Assembly (NCBI GenBank): GCA_902384555.1
Contig: CABMCD010000004.1
Location: forward strand, 11,909-75,908
Direction: 5' to 3'
DNA: 64,000 nt
Source of the DNA: an uncultured archaeon
Lineage (GTDB): Archaea > Micrarchaeota > Micrarchaeia > Anstonellales > Anstonellaceae
Under the pieces are notes generated by a model. That model was not told the origin of the DNA and did not search any database. It saw only the letters and a program-made list of their open reading frames with translations. This document shows, in pieces, positions 45,141 through 55,048 of this stretch; positions within the stretch are counted from its first letter, which is position 1, and each line of letters starts with the position of its first letter. The position numbers and the translations under genes were made by a program.

Positions 45141-45731
45141 TCAGGCGGTCGCGAGGGAGGCGAACAGGGCGGTCGAGCCCTTGGCAATCATCTCAATCGC
45201 AATGGCCGTGAGGAAGAGGCCCATCACCTTGGAGACGATTTCAATCACCTTGGGGTTGATGCGCGGCAGGAAGAGGGAGAAGAGCCAGAACACCAGCCCG
45301 ACCACGAAGAAGGCGCCGGTGGCCTGCACCAAAACGGGCAGCACGCCCATCTCGATGGTGCGAATCGTGAGAAACGACATCACGGCCGGACCGGTGAGCA
45401 GGGGGGTGGCGATGATGGCGATGAGGCTGTCCACCTCGTTCACCTCCTCGCGCACGGGCTTGGGGCGCACGGTCTCCACGCCCAGCAAAAAGAGGATGAC
45501 GCCGCCCGCGATGCGGAAGGAGTTGATGGAAATGCCGTAAAGCGAGAAGAACTGCGGCCCGAAGAGAATGATGCACACCGCCACCGCGTAGGCGGCCACC
45601 GAGGCCTTGATGGCGATGGAGCCGACGTCGAGCTTCTTCTTTTGGGCCGACATCAGCACCGGAAAGGAGCTCAAGGGGTTGAGCAGGACGAAAATTTGCA
45701 GGATAATGGCCGTGTCGAACATCGACAGCAT
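45141..45731 (-). CDS. MarC family membrane protein
   Basis: LLNPLS, FRIAGG, IATPLLTGPA, KVMGLFL. Confidence 0.88.
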   Translation of the reverse strand: MLSMFDTAIILQIFVLLNPLSSFPVLMSAQKKKLDVGSIAIKASVAAYAVAVCIILFGPQFFSLYGISINSFRIAGGVILFLLGVETVRPKPVREEVNEVDSLIAIIATPLLTGPAVMSFLTIRTIEMGVLPVLVQATGAFFVVGLVFWLFSLFLPRINPKVIEIVSKVMGLFLTAIAIEMIAKGSTALFASLATA

Positions 45732-45878
45732 GCGAATCGCCTCCAGAAATTGGGGAAATCAACATAACGGCCCGGCATGCGGGCTTGAGCCGACTTTCGA
45801 TTAAGCGTCTCATCGATTGGGAATGGTCGCCTGCCGCCTGTTGGAGGGTGAAGCTTTTTATCCCATTGCCCCCGGGGC

Positions 45879-46850
45879 CTACTGCAGCTCGCCCACCAGC
45901 TCTTCCAGCAGGTCTTCCAGCGTCACGATGCCCACCATGCGGCCCTGCGCGTCCTCGACGCCGGCGATGTTGCGGCCCATGCGCTGCAGGCGCGCGAAGG
46001 CCGTGTGCGTCTTCTCGTGCGCGGGGAAAAGCACGGGCTTGGTCATGGCGGTGCCCACCGGCATGCCCGGATGGTGGCGCACGGCGCGCGCGAGGGTGCG
46101 GGTGCCGATTACCCCCACCATGCGGCCCTGCGCGTCCAGCACCGGGAAGCGGGAGTATTGGCTGTCAATCGCCTGCTCCAGCGCCAGCTCGACGGGCTGG
46201 GACATCGAGAGCGAGGTGACGCGCTCTTTGGGCGTCATCACCTGGTCCAGCGACTTCTTGTCGAATTCCAGCACGTTCTCAATCAGCTTCTTTTTCTCCA
46301 GCGTGATGCTCTGGTGCTCCGCCCCCAGCTGGATGGCCGAGCGCACGTCGTCCTCGCTGAAACGCTCGACGCCGGTGGGGCGGGCATAGACGCCGGGAAT
46401 GAGGCGGTTGATGAACTCGAAGACCACCACCAGGGGGAAGAAGGCCCAGCAGAACACCTCGATGATGGGGGAGAAGGAGAGGATGATGGATTCTCCGTAC
46501 GTGGTGGCCGCGCTCTTGGGCGCGATGTCGCCAAACGTGAGCAGCAAAAAGCTCATCAGGCCCACCGCCACCCCAAGGCCGGTCTCCTCGCCAAAAAGGG
46601 TGGTGGTGATGGAGGTGGCCAGCACCGAGGCGGCCACGTTGGCGATGTTGCTGCCGATGAGAAGGGTGATGATGACGCGCCGGCGCTTGGAGCGCAGGCG
46701 GCCCAGGCTCTCGACCCCGGGCTTGCCGCGCTCGTGCAGGGTGTGGAAGCGCACGTTGCTCATGGAGAGGAAGGCGACTTCGGAGGCGGCAAAGAAGGCC
46801 GAAATGCCGATGAGAAGAGCCAGGAAAAAGAGCTCCAGCCAAAATTCCAT
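45879..46850 (-). CDS. CNNM/CorC-type (DUF21 + CBS) membrane protein
   Basis: SAFFAASEVA, LLIGSNIAN, FGDIAPK, VMTP, YSRFPV, VTLEDLLEELVGE. Confidence 0.92.
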   Translation of the reverse strand: MEFWLELFFLALLIGISAFFAASEVAFLSMSNVRFHTLHERGKPGVESLGRLRSKRRRVIITLLIGSNIANVAASVLATSITTTLFGEETGLGVAVGLMSFLLLTFGDIAPKSAATTYGESIILSFSPIIEVFCWAFFPLVVVFEFINRLIPGVYARPTGVERFSEDDVRSAIQLGAEHQSITLEKKKLIENVLEFDKKSLDQVMTPKERVTSLSMSQPVELALEQAIDSQYSRFPVLDAQGRMVGVIGTRTLARAVRHHPGMPVGTAMTKPVLFPAHEKTHTAFARLQRMGRNIAGVEDAQGRMVGIVTLEDLLEELVGELQ

Positions 46851-46978
46851 GCTACACTGATGGGTCAAAAGGCTTTTATCCCGCACGCCAGAGGGGGATT
46901 AAAAAGGCAGACCGGCCCCGCCCGGCCGCAAGGGGGGGGTGGAAAAGAGGAGAACGGGCGGATGGGCCGGATGGCGGC

Positions 46979-47935
46979 TCATTCCAGCTCGACGGTGGCC
47001 GGCGGCTTGTTGGTGATGTCGTACACCACGCGCCCCACTTCGCGCACCGAATTGGTGATGCGGCTGGAGATTTTCTCCAAAAGCTTGGGGGGCAGGTGCG
47101 AGAAGTTGGCCGTCATGCCGTCCAGCGAGCGCACGGCGCGCACCACCACGGTGTAGTGGTACGAGCGCTCGTCCCCGCGCACGCCCACGGTCTTGGTGGG
47201 CAGCAGGGCGGCAAAATACTGCCAGGGCCGCTCGATTTCGCCCGCGGCGGCGGCCTTCTCAATCTCCTCTTCCACCACCACGCAGCATTTGCGCACGATT
47301 TCAGCCTTTTCGCGCGTCACTTCGCCCACGATGCGCACGCCAAGGCCGGGGCCGGGGAAGGGCTGGCGCTCGGAAATGAGGGGCGGCAGGCCCAGCTCGC
47401 GGGCGAGAATGCGCACTTCGTGCTTGTAGCAGTCGCGCAGGGGCTCGAACAGCTCCAAACCCATCTGCTCGGGCAGGCCGCCCACGTTGTGGTGGCTCTT
47501 GATGGTGTCGCGCCCCGCCCCGCCGGACTCAATCCAGTCGGGGGCGATGGTGCCCTGCACCAGGACTTTGATGTGGTGCCCTTTGGCGTATTCCTCGAAC
47601 ACGCGGATGAACTGCTCGCCAATGATTTTGCGCTTTTGCTCCGGCTCCTCCGCCCCTTTGAGGGCCGAGAAAAAGCGCTCGGAGGCGTTGACGATTTCAA
47701 GGCGCAGGCCCAGCGGCGCGAAGGCGGCCTTGATTTGCTCGGCCTCGCGCTCGCGCATCAGGCCGGTGTCCACAAACACGCAGTGCAGCTGCGCCCCCAC
47801 GGCCTGGTGCACGATGAGGGCGGCCACGGAAGAGTCCACGCCCCCCGACAGGGCCAAAAGCGCGGGCTTGGAGCCGATTTTCTGCCGGGCCAGGGCCGCT
47901 TGGGTTTCGATGAATTTGGATGGGTTGAACGCCAT
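46979..47935 (-). CDS. guaAB: GMP synthase subunit B (ATP pyrophosphatase)
   Basis: LSGGVDSS, VDTGLMR, QGTIAPD, IKSHHNVGGLP, QPFPGPGL, DITNKPPATVELE. Confidence 0.96.
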   Translation of the reverse strand: MAFNPSKFIETQAALARQKIGSKPALLALSGGVDSSVAALIVHQAVGAQLHCVFVDTGLMREREAEQIKAAFAPLGLRLEIVNASERFFSALKGAEEPEQKRKIIGEQFIRVFEEYAKGHHIKVLVQGTIAPDWIESGGAGRDTIKSHHNVGGLPEQMGLELFEPLRDCYKHEVRILARELGLPPLISERQPFPGPGLGVRIVGEVTREKAEIVRKCCVVVEEEIEKAAAAGEIERPWQYFAALLPTKTVGVRGDERSYHYTVVVRAVRSLDGMTANFSHLPPKLLEKISSRITNSVREVGRVVYDITNKPPATVELE

Positions 47936-47969
47936 GTCAAGACCTCGACAAACGGAATGAAACGGAAAT

Positions 47970-48563
47970 CTAGGAACCCAGGGAGCGCACGTCCACCAGC
48001 TGGCCGCTGTGCTGGGAGAGATAGACCGAAATCCCGCTGCCGTCCGCCAGCGCCCAATTGACCTGCCACACGTTGGATTCGCCATTGAAGGCGGGCAGGA
48101 GCTGGACCGAGGGCACGGCCTCGGGGTGGTTTCTCAGAAAGGCGCCCACCGAATCGGTGCGCGGGGCGGTGTGCGAGGCGATGATGGCCTCCTCCATGTA
48201 GGACAGCACGCAGGTGCTGTTGGCCCCGAGGCACACCTGGCAGTTCCCCACCAGCGTCTCGGGCGAGCGGCGCACGAAGCTTTGCGGTGGGTAGTAGTAT
48301 TCGACTTCGAGGCGCCGGGGGCAGGGGGTGGAGAGGTTGTAGGCCACGCGCGCCTTGAGCAGGTAGTAGGCGGACGCGCCCTCGCCCACCTGCGCCGAGC
48401 TGAGGATTTCGCGCGCGTCCGCGTTGGGATAGCTGCGGGCCAAATCCTCGGCAAAGAACTGCCGCGCGTCGGTGTCGGTGGGCTTGTTATAGCGGTTGGA
48501 GAGCGAGAGCAGGGCGATGACGGCCACCGCCAAGAGGAGGATGAGAACCACTTCTTTTCGCAT
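47970..48563 (-). CDS. membrane-anchored or secreted hypothetical protein
   Basis: N-terminal signal/TM helix; 4 Cys; EEAIIASH motif; TATA ~22 nt upstream. Confidence 0.78.
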   Translation of the reverse strand: MRKEVVLILLLAVAVIALLSLSNRYNKPTDTDARQFFAEDLARSYPNADAREILSSAQVGEGASAYYLLKARVAYNLSTPCPRRLEVEYYYPPQSFVRRSPETLVGNCQVCLGANSTCVLSYMEEAIIASHTAPRTDSVGAFLRNHPEAVPSVQLLPAFNGESNVWQVNWALADGSGISVYLSQHSGQLVDVRSLGS

Positions 48564-48620
48564 AGGGAGGAGAGGGAAGCCGGATTATTTAAGGATTGGC
48601 CCGAAGGGGAAGAAAAAGGC

Positions 48621-48658
48621 AAAAAAAACAGCCCGGCGGCCTCGGGGCCGCCCGGCTT
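48621..48658 (-). terminator. GC hairpin plus T8 tract downstream of priS
   Basis: Minus strand AAGCCGGGCGGCCCCGAGGCCGCCGGGCTG followed by TTTTTTTT. Confidence 0.5.
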
Positions 48659-48691
48659 GGACAGGAGGCTCGCAATCGAAGGCAGACCTCT

Positions 48692-49858
48692 TCAGACCGG
48701 CACCGCCGCCTTTTTGCACACCAAATACACGGCATAGGCCTGCGGCAGCTCGAGCGTCCGGCCGGCCTCAAGCGCGTCCATGGTCTGCCCGCCGATTTGG
48801 ATGGACGGCACGGCGCGCTCCACTCTCACCTTCTCCTGCGCATCCATGCGAAACGCCAGGGCCGAGCGCATGGGCTCGTAGGACGAGAGGCCGATGCCGG
48901 GCGGAATGGTTTTGGCCAGCAGGCCGCTGCCGCCGTGGATGGTGTCGGGCATGCGCAGGATTTTGGTGGTGTCAAACGTCACGTTCACGTCCGTGTCGAC
49001 TTGGTTGGATAGCTGCAGTTTGATGCCCGTAAGCATGCGCTTGAACACCTCTTCGGCATGCGGGATTTGCACGTCTGACCAGCGGCCGGCCTTGAGGCCG
49101 GAGATGAAGCGCTCCACGTTCTCCTTTTTCTTTAATTTGGTGGAAATGGAAGGCGCCAAGGCGGGGTCGGAGGCCATGGCGACGAGGCGGCGGGCGAACT
49201 TGCCCCCATAGCCGCCCGTGGTGGGCGTGGGGCCCAGCAGGCGCGACATGGTGGTGTGGCCGGGAATCGGCTCCTGCACCAGCATCTGGTCCAGCGCCAC
49301 GCCCGCGCCTTCGATGTAATCCACAATCTCTCTTCGCTCGTCGCGGCCCAGCGGCTCGAGCTCCTTTTTGTAGGCCCGCACATGAAAGCCCCGCGAGCCG
49401 GAGAAGGAGAGTTGCATCTCCTCGCGCTTGAGGCCGAAGTCGGGAATGAGGAAGTCCTCCACGAGGCGAATCATGTTTTCGCGCACCTTGTGGATGCAGG
49501 CCTCGCAGGTGAAGGGCGCGCAGGGCTCGCCCCCAGAAGCACACTTGTCGGAAGGGGCGTCCAAATCAAAGACCAAGTCCGCGCCCTGCCAGTTCTTGCG
49601 CGCCATGGGCCGGCCGTCGGGGAATTCGTAGTAGGCGGAGGAGGCCGACACATAGAGCGGCTTGTCGCGCACCAGCTGCGCCTTCAAATCCTCGGCCGAG
49701 GCAAAGCTCATGTGCCGAAACTCGATTTTGCGCTCCCAGCCGCCGAATCCGAATTCGCGCCGCTCGATGCGCGGGAGGGTGGGTGCGGGCGCGCCGCGGT
49801 AGTAGGAGGCAAATCGCTCGCACAGCCACAAATGGGGGGAAAGAGCCATGAGAATCAC
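48692..49858 (-). CDS. priS: DNA primase small (catalytic) subunit
   Basis: REFGF, GADLVFDLD, Cys4 Zn motif, FSGSRGFH, LRMPDTIHG. Confidence 0.93.
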   Translation of the reverse strand: MILMALSPHLWLCERFASYYRGAPAPTLPRIERREFGFGGWERKIEFRHMSFASAEDLKAQLVRDKPLYVSASSAYYEFPDGRPMARKNWQGADLVFDLDAPSDKCASGGEPCAPFTCEACIHKVRENMIRLVEDFLIPDFGLKREEMQLSFSGSRGFHVRAYKKELEPLGRDERREIVDYIEGAGVALDQMLVQEPIPGHTTMSRLLGPTPTTGGYGGKFARRLVAMASDPALAPSISTKLKKKENVERFISGLKAGRWSDVQIPHAEEVFKRMLTGIKLQLSNQVDTDVNVTFDTTKILRMPDTIHGGSGLLAKTIPPGIGLSSYEPMRSALAFRMDAQEKVRVERAVPSIQIGGQTMDALEAGRTLELPQAYAVYLVCKKAAVPV

Positions 49859-50934
49859 GAACTACTCTTCTTCTCGGCGTGGGGGTCGGAAATTTCCTCC
49901 CCTTTTTCAGCCGGCGCCATGCCATGCACCGTATGCTTCATGCTCTCGCGCGCATTTCGGCCGTGCTTTTCCTCGCGGTAAAAAACGGGGCTGCCGCAGC
50001 GGCACACCGCGATGCAAAGCCCCCAGCTGTCCATGGTGGAGCACGAGGCCATGGAATAGCCCTTCTTGCGCGCGTATTCCACCTGATAGCGCGTGGTGTC
50101 GGCGTTGTAGTCGGGGGCGGAAGCGAAGAGGGCGCAGATTTGCTCGTCCGGCAGGCCGGCCTTAATCAGATACACGGCCAGCGCCACGCGGCCCAAATGC
50201 GGCACGTTGATGGAGGCGCGCAAATCGGTAATCAGCTTGTTGATGCAGGGCGGGAAGTCCTTGGTGTCGATTTTGATGGGGGCCAGATTCTCGCGCGGAA
50301 GCAGGTCGGTGAGGCGGGCGATGACGGGCTTGTATTCGTCCGGCGGGTCGGGCATGGGCGGGAGCGGCTCTTCGAGGCGGCGGCGCACGGCCTCCTCCAA
50401 TATGCGCAGGCGCTGGTGCGCCGAGACGCGCACCAAACCCTTGTCCAATTTGGCGTTCACCAGCTTGTAGTGCACGTCGCGCGGGCAGAAGCGCAGATAC
50501 TGCCAGAAGGGGATGGAGAACGCGGGTTCGGAAGAGGAATTGGAGGCGGAATCGGCCGCCAAGACGGGAGCAGGGCTGAAATCCAAACCCAGACTTGCGG
50601 CCAGTTTTTCGGCATACTGGGCCCGGCCGTCCTCGCTGGTGCGCAAATAATCGTGCGCCCGCTTCGACTCGGCCACCGCCATGCGCCGCTCGGCCCAGCG
50701 ATTGCCCCACGCGGCCAGAATCAGGCGCGAGGCGGCGTAGGAGAGGATGGCCTGCTTGTGCTCCGAATCCAGGGAGGTGGCTTCCAGCTTCAGCTCGCCG
50801 GATGAGAGCGCCGCGCGCAGGCGCGCCTCGCCGGAGGCAAGGGCGGCCGCATCCAGCTGAAGCTTCTGCTCGCGCGCCCAGGAGCGGGCCTCCCCGCTGA
50901 AGGGGAAATGGGCGCAAAAACGCAGGTCAGCCAT
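49855..50934 (-). CDS. priL: DNA primase large subunit
   Basis: FPF, YKLVN..L.KG.V, FPPCI, H.GR, PDYN..TRYQV, SC..M, C-terminal Fe-S Cys. Confidence 0.9.
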   Translation of the reverse strand: MADLRFCAHFPFSGEARSWAREQKLQLDAAALASGEARLRAALSSGELKLEATSLDSEHKQAILSYAASRLILAAWGNRWAERRMAVAESKRAHDYLRTSEDGRAQYAEKLAASLGLDFSPAPVLAADSASNSSSEPAFSIPFWQYLRFCPRDVHYKLVNAKLDKGLVRVSAHQRLRILEEAVRRRLEEPLPPMPDPPDEYKPVIARLTDLLPRENLAPIKIDTKDFPPCINKLITDLRASINVPHLGRVALAVYLIKAGLPDEQICALFASAPDYNADTTRYQVEYARKKGYSMASCSTMDSWGLCIAVCRCGSPVFYREEKHGRNARESMKHTVHGMAPAEKGEEISDPHAEKKSSS

Positions 50935-51043
50935 CGCCACACTTGGGGAAGCAGACGATAAATAGGTTGAGGTGGGGGTTTTCCGCCAAAAAAAGGCGAA
51001 ACGCGGGCTGGCGCAAGAAAGGCTCGCTCGAAAAAGGGCCGAG

Positions 51044-51601
51044 CTATTTCCTTTTCCGCTTCGGCTTGGCGGGAGCGGTTTGGGGCGCGTGGGCCGGATA
51101 TTCCAAACTCACCACCCAGCCGCCGAAGCGGAAGGAGAGGTCGAAGAGCAGCAGCACCAGCAGAAAGAGCAGCGGCAGCCCGAAGAAGGCGGTGCCCAAG
51201 AGGGCGGCCAGCGGCGTCCAGACCCGCTCCTCGTTGAGGCGCTCCAATAATTTGCCCCGGCCCAGCTCCAGCTCGTCAAGCAGGCCGCTGGTGAGAAAGA
51301 GCGCAAACCACCACGGCGAAAAGCCGCCCAATGGCGTGAGCAGAATCACCAGGGCAAAAGCGGCCGCGCCCAGCAGATGGTAGGGGTGGTCGATTTTGCC
51401 CGACAGCAGGGAAGCCAGCGCCAAGGCGATGAACAGCGAGGAAAGCCCGGCCGGCCCGGAGAGCCAGCCCAGCAAAAGGCCGTAGGCTAGGGCGAGCAGA
51501 ATGGGAAGGTAGGAGGGGACGCGCAGGCGCCGGTCGATGATGTCGTCCACCACCTTGGCGCAAAAGCCGGCCAGCGCGCCGGCTCCCAAAATCTCGAACA
51601 T
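51044..51601 (-). CDS. hypothetical membrane protein
   Basis: Multiple TM helices with KVVDD, GKIDH and LLDE motifs. Confidence 0.75.
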   Translation of the reverse strand: MFEILGAGALAGFCAKVVDDIIDRRLRVPSYLPILLALAYGLLLGWLSGPAGLSSLFIALALASLLSGKIDHPYHLLGAAAFALVILLTPLGGFSPWWFALFLTSGLLDELELGRGKLLERLNEERVWTPLAALLGTAFFGLPLLFLLVLLLFDLSFRFGGWVVSLEYPAHAPQTAPAKPKRKRK

Positions 51602-51633
51602 GAAGAAAAGAGGGGGATAGAGAATAAAAGAGA

Positions 51634-51900
51634 CTAGGAGCGCAGGGCGCGCAGGAGCGCCACGCGCGCCGTCTTGTCATTGATGACCAGGCTGCGCAAA
51701 GCCGAGGAGGCCGAGCGCTCGCCGAGCATGTCCAGCCAGGGGCCGAAGTGGTGGCCCTTCGCATGATAAAGCACGGCTTCCAGAGGCGCGGTCTTGATGA
51801 GGTTGGCCAGCTCGTTGAGGCTCTTGGCCCGGCCCACCACGGCACCGCCCTTCTCCGGCGGCATCTTGAACACGAACTCCTTACCAATAGGAGCATCCAT
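51634..51900 (-). CDS. small DUF5752-like protein
   Basis: F.F..G.A.SL.EL...I......V.YH....HF..W pattern; SD GGGGTGA and own TATA. Confidence 0.75.
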   Translation of the reverse strand: MDAPIGKEFVFKMPPEKGGAVVGRAKSLNELANLIKTAPLEAVLYHAKGHHFGPWLDMLGERSASSALRSLVINDKTARVALLRALRS

Positions 51901-51989
51901 ACTAAATCACCCCTCTCACTAATTAGGCCAACAGCTAGGAGGTATATAACACTTGTGGCTTGCTCCACGACGTAAAATACAAAATTGAA

Positions 51990-52838
51990 TCAACGCCCAC
52001 ATTCGATTAAATGGGCAGTCCGGGGCAGCTCGCTGGCCAAATCCAGCGAAGAGTAGTGCGCGCCCATCTTTTTGGAGAGCCGCAGGCCGGCCATGCCGTT
52101 GAGATAGGCGGCCGCGCAGGCGGATGAGAACAAATCGTTGTGGTCGGCCGCCAGGGCGGCGCACAGGCCGGCCAGCACGTCGCCCGTGCCGCCCTTGGTC
52201 ATGCCGACATGGTGGGTGGAATTGGTTTTGAAGCGGGCGGGCGAGGCGATGAAATCGGCCGGGCCCTTGCAGAGGAGGGTGCAGCCGGATTTTTTGGCGG
52301 CGTGGAAAACGGAGCGGGCCGTGGCCTTCTCCCCGAAAAGCGCCTTGAATTCGCCGGCGTGGGGGGTGAGGAGGAGGTTGGCGCGGATTTGGTTTGGTTT
52401 GAGCATGCGCAGGGCCGTGGCATCCAAAACAACGGGCATTTGTGAAGAAATGGCGCGGGCCAGCAGGGCGCGGTTCGCCCGATTGTCTTCCCAGCCCGGC
52501 CCGAGGAGGAAGGCGTCCGCCTTGCGCCAAAATTCGGCCAGTTTGTTTTTGCGCACCACAATGAGGTTGGGGCTGGCCCGCTTGAGGCGGGAAACAAGAG
52601 CCAGATTCTCATCCGTGGAATGGACATAGATCAAATCACAGAAGCGCACGGCCGCCAGGGCGGCCAGAATGAGCGAGCCGCTGTATTGCGAAGAGCCGGC
52701 CAGAATGAGCAGGCGGCCGTTGTCCCCTTTGTGGCTGGATTTGGAGGGCAGTCGCAGGGCGCGCCAATCGGCGGGAGAGCAGCGGGCGCGGGGCGGGCGG
52801 AAGCGCCCGGTGGACGAAGAAGCGCGGCGCGAAGCCAT
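51990..52838 (-). CDS. nnrD: ADP-dependent NAD(P)H-hydrate dehydratase (YjeF C-terminal)
   Basis: SHKGDNG, GS.QYSG, GPG, VLDATAL, LTPHAGEF, GGTGDVLAG. Confidence 0.92.
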   Translation of the reverse strand: MASRRASSSTGRFRPPRARCSPADWRALRLPSKSSHKGDNGRLLILAGSSQYSGSLILAALAAVRFCDLIYVHSTDENLALVSRLKRASPNLIVVRKNKLAEFWRKADAFLLGPGWEDNRANRALLARAISSQMPVVLDATALRMLKPNQIRANLLLTPHAGEFKALFGEKATARSVFHAAKKSGCTLLCKGPADFIASPARFKTNSTHHVGMTKGGTGDVLAGLCAALAADHNDLFSSACAAAYLNGMAGLRLSKKMGAHYSSLDLASELPRTAHLIECGR

Positions 52839-52960
52839 GGCAGAGCCTCGAATAAGGGGAATAAAAGACCGCGCTCACGCTGCAGGGTTGTAGGTTATAC
52901 AAAACTCGTCTCTAACTATACGGCTGTCAGAACATATAAGTAAAATAACTCTAATTTACG

Positions 52961-53821
52961 TCAGAGCCGGCAATCCAGCGCCCGGTTGATGCGCGCGATT
53001 TCGTTCAGGGCCGCCTCCACGTGGTCCGACACGTTGGCCTTGAGATAGCCGTACGCAATCGAGGAGGAGGCGTTGATGCGGTGCAAGCCCAGATGCGAAT
53101 GGTCCAAGGCGCACAGGATGCGCCCGACTTCCTCCGGCGAGCCGCCCTGCGTGCCCACGCCGGGAATCAGCAGCGGCGTGGGCTGGCCCTTTTTGGAAAT
53201 GGCCTTGAGCACGGCTTCCAGCTCGACGGGGGCGGTGGCGCCCACCACCAGTCCGAGGCCGTCCGCGTGCCATTGCAGGGCCTTGTCCAGCACTTCCAAA
53301 TAGAGCGAGCGCTTGGATTCCTTGACGGTCAGCTCCTGAAAATCGGCTGCGCCGGCATTGCTGGTGCGGCAGAGCAGGTAGGCGCCGCGCCCCTCGCCGA
53401 ACCGGTCGATGAAGGGCTTCACGCTGTCGTGGCCCATGAAGGGCGAGAGCGTCACCGCGTCCGCACCCCAGAAATCGTAGCACTCTTTCGCGTAGGCGGC
53501 CGAGGTGGTGCCGATGTCCCCGCGCTTGACGTCGAGGATGACGGGGTAGCGGCCATAGTAGCGGTAGATGAGGTCCTGCATGGCCTGCAGGCCGTCCCAG
53601 CCGTATTGGGCGAAGAAGGCATAGTTGGGCTTGAGCGCCGAGATGCCGGGGTTTTCGGGAATGGAGTCGATGATGGTGGAGTAGAATTTCACGATGCGCT
53701 CGCGCGGGGAGCCCTTGATGGAGGAGGGGATTTTCTCCAAGACCGGGTCGAGGCCGAAGCAGAGCAGCGAGTCGTGCCGCTCGGCGGCCATTGCGAGTTT
53801 TTCGGTGTATAAAACGGTCAT
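52961..53821 (-). CDS. pyrF: orotidine-5'-phosphate decarboxylase
   Basis: LCFGLDP, KPNYAFF, LDVKRGDIGTT, RTSN, VVGAT, PGVGTQGG. Confidence 0.95.
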   Translation of the reverse strand: MTVLYTEKLAMAAERHDSLLCFGLDPVLEKIPSSIKGSPRERIVKFYSTIIDSIPENPGISALKPNYAFFAQYGWDGLQAMQDLIYRYYGRYPVILDVKRGDIGTTSAAYAKECYDFWGADAVTLSPFMGHDSVKPFIDRFGEGRGAYLLCRTSNAGAADFQELTVKESKRSLYLEVLDKALQWHADGLGLVVGATAPVELEAVLKAISKKGQPTPLLIPGVGTQGGSPEEVGRILCALDHSHLGLHRINASSSIAYGYLKANVSDHVEAALNEIARINRALDCRL

Positions 53822-53843
53822 GTCATCACGCCAAGGGGCATCA

Positions 53844-54572
53844 TCAGGCGCCGGCCCATTTTTGGGCGGCGGGCGTGCCCCACTTTTTGAAATAGGACTT
53901 CCAGGCCGACGCCTGCGCGGGCGGCAGGCCGGGCGCGAGGGCGGCGTAGAGCTCGCCCATGCGGGCGATGGCGAAGAGGGGGCAGCGCAATTTGGACTCG
54001 ATTTCCTCGGCCGCTCCGGGGCCGGCGGAAGCGGCGTCGCCCGAAGCCTCCTGCCGGTCCACGGCCACCAGGATGCCCGCCAGCTTGGGCTGGGGCAGCA
54101 CGGAGGCGATTTTCTCCCAAGCCTCGAACTTGGCCGCGCCGGTGGTAATCACGTCGTCAATCATCAACAGCTTCTGCCCCGATTTGAACTGGTCGGCCCC
54201 CACGATGACGGCATCGGCCTTCACGTCGCCGTGCGCCTTGGCCTCCTTGCGGTCGTAGAGGAATTTCTTGGAAATCTTGTGCTTTTTGAAGAGCGACGCG
54301 CAGGCCAGCGCGGCGAGGGGGATGCCCTTGTAGGCCGGCCCGAAGAGGAAGTCGAAGTCCTCCAGCTCCCCGGACTTGAGCAGGGCGGCGATTTTGTCTG
54401 CATAGGCTTCGGCCAGCACCACCAGCGCCTCGCCGTCGATGAGCGAGCCGGAGTTGAAATAGACCGGCGAGAGGCGGCCGGATTTGAGCTTGAAGGGCTT
54501 GGAGGCGTCGGGCGCGAGCTTGAAGGCGCCGCGCGCGAGCAGGAACTTGGCGAAATCGGATGAGCCGGCCAT
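53844..54572 (-). CDS. pyrE: orotate phosphoribosyltransferase
   Basis: FKLKSGRLSP, GPAYKGIP, RKEAKAHG, IDDVITTG. Confidence 0.95.
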   Translation of the reverse strand: MAGSSDFAKFLLARGAFKLAPDASKPFKLKSGRLSPVYFNSGSLIDGEALVVLAEAYADKIAALLKSGELEDFDFLFGPAYKGIPLAALACASLFKKHKISKKFLYDRKEAKAHGDVKADAVIVGADQFKSGQKLLMIDDVITTGAAKFEAWEKIASVLPQPKLAGILVAVDRQEASGDAASAGPGAAEEIESKLRCPLFAIARMGELYAALAPGLPPAQASAWKSYFKKWGTPAAQKWAGA

Positions 54573-54638
54573 GGCTACCACTCGCCGGTTGAAAATATAA
54601 AATGAGGGGAAAAGAGAGTGGGAAAAAGAATTTGTTTT

Positions 54639-54965
54639 CTATTCGCTCGGAGCGCCTTCCTCGGCCGGAGCCTCGGACGGGGCGGCCGCCGGAGCTCCCG
54701 TGGCCGGGCCCAGCGCCTCGCCCATGGCGAAGCGCTCGCGCACGTCGGTGATTTTGATGTGCACGGTCTGGCCCATGGAGGCGCCTTTCACGAAAATCAC
54801 GAAGCCCTCCTTCTTGGCGATGCCGTCGCCGCGCGAGGCCGTGGCTTCGATGGTGACGTCAATCTCGTCGCCCACTTTCACCGGCTTGGGGCCGCCCGAG
54901 CCGCCGCCCTCGCCGCCATAACCGCCGCGGCTGGTGCCGCCGAAACTGCCTCGTCCGCTGTACAT
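54639..54965 (-). CDS. single TRAM-domain RNA-binding protein with RG/Gly-rich N-tail
   Basis: PKPVKVGDE.DV.IE....GDGIAK.EGFVIFV.G...G..V.IKI..V..RFA. Confidence 0.9.
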   Translation of the reverse strand: MYSGRGSFGGTSRGGYGGEGGGSGGPKPVKVGDEIDVTIEATASRGDGIAKKEGFVIFVKGASMGQTVHIKITDVRERFAMGEALGPATGAPAAAPSEAPAEEGAPSE

Positions 54966-55048
54966 AACGACTCAACTCCGTGCGGCGCGGGAAAGCTTCT
55001 GCGACCGGCGGGCGCGCAAGCTTCTGCGCGCCATGCGGCCCGCGCCAA
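54966..55048 (-). promoter_or_regulatory. structured 5' leader of the TRAM gene
   Basis: Outer stem 55046-55039/54991-54984, inner hairpin 55032-55011, 11-nt direct repeat; TATA at 55068-55074. Confidence 0.55.

Noticed and set aside
45732-45862. Fluoride riboswitch in the marC leader
   Set aside because: It lacks the GGCGATGG..CGCC / GCTGATGAC consensus arrangement.
52870-52960. AT-rich spacer between pyrF and nnrD as an ncRNA
   Set aside because: No box C motif or convincing stem; explainable as terminator plus promoter sequence.
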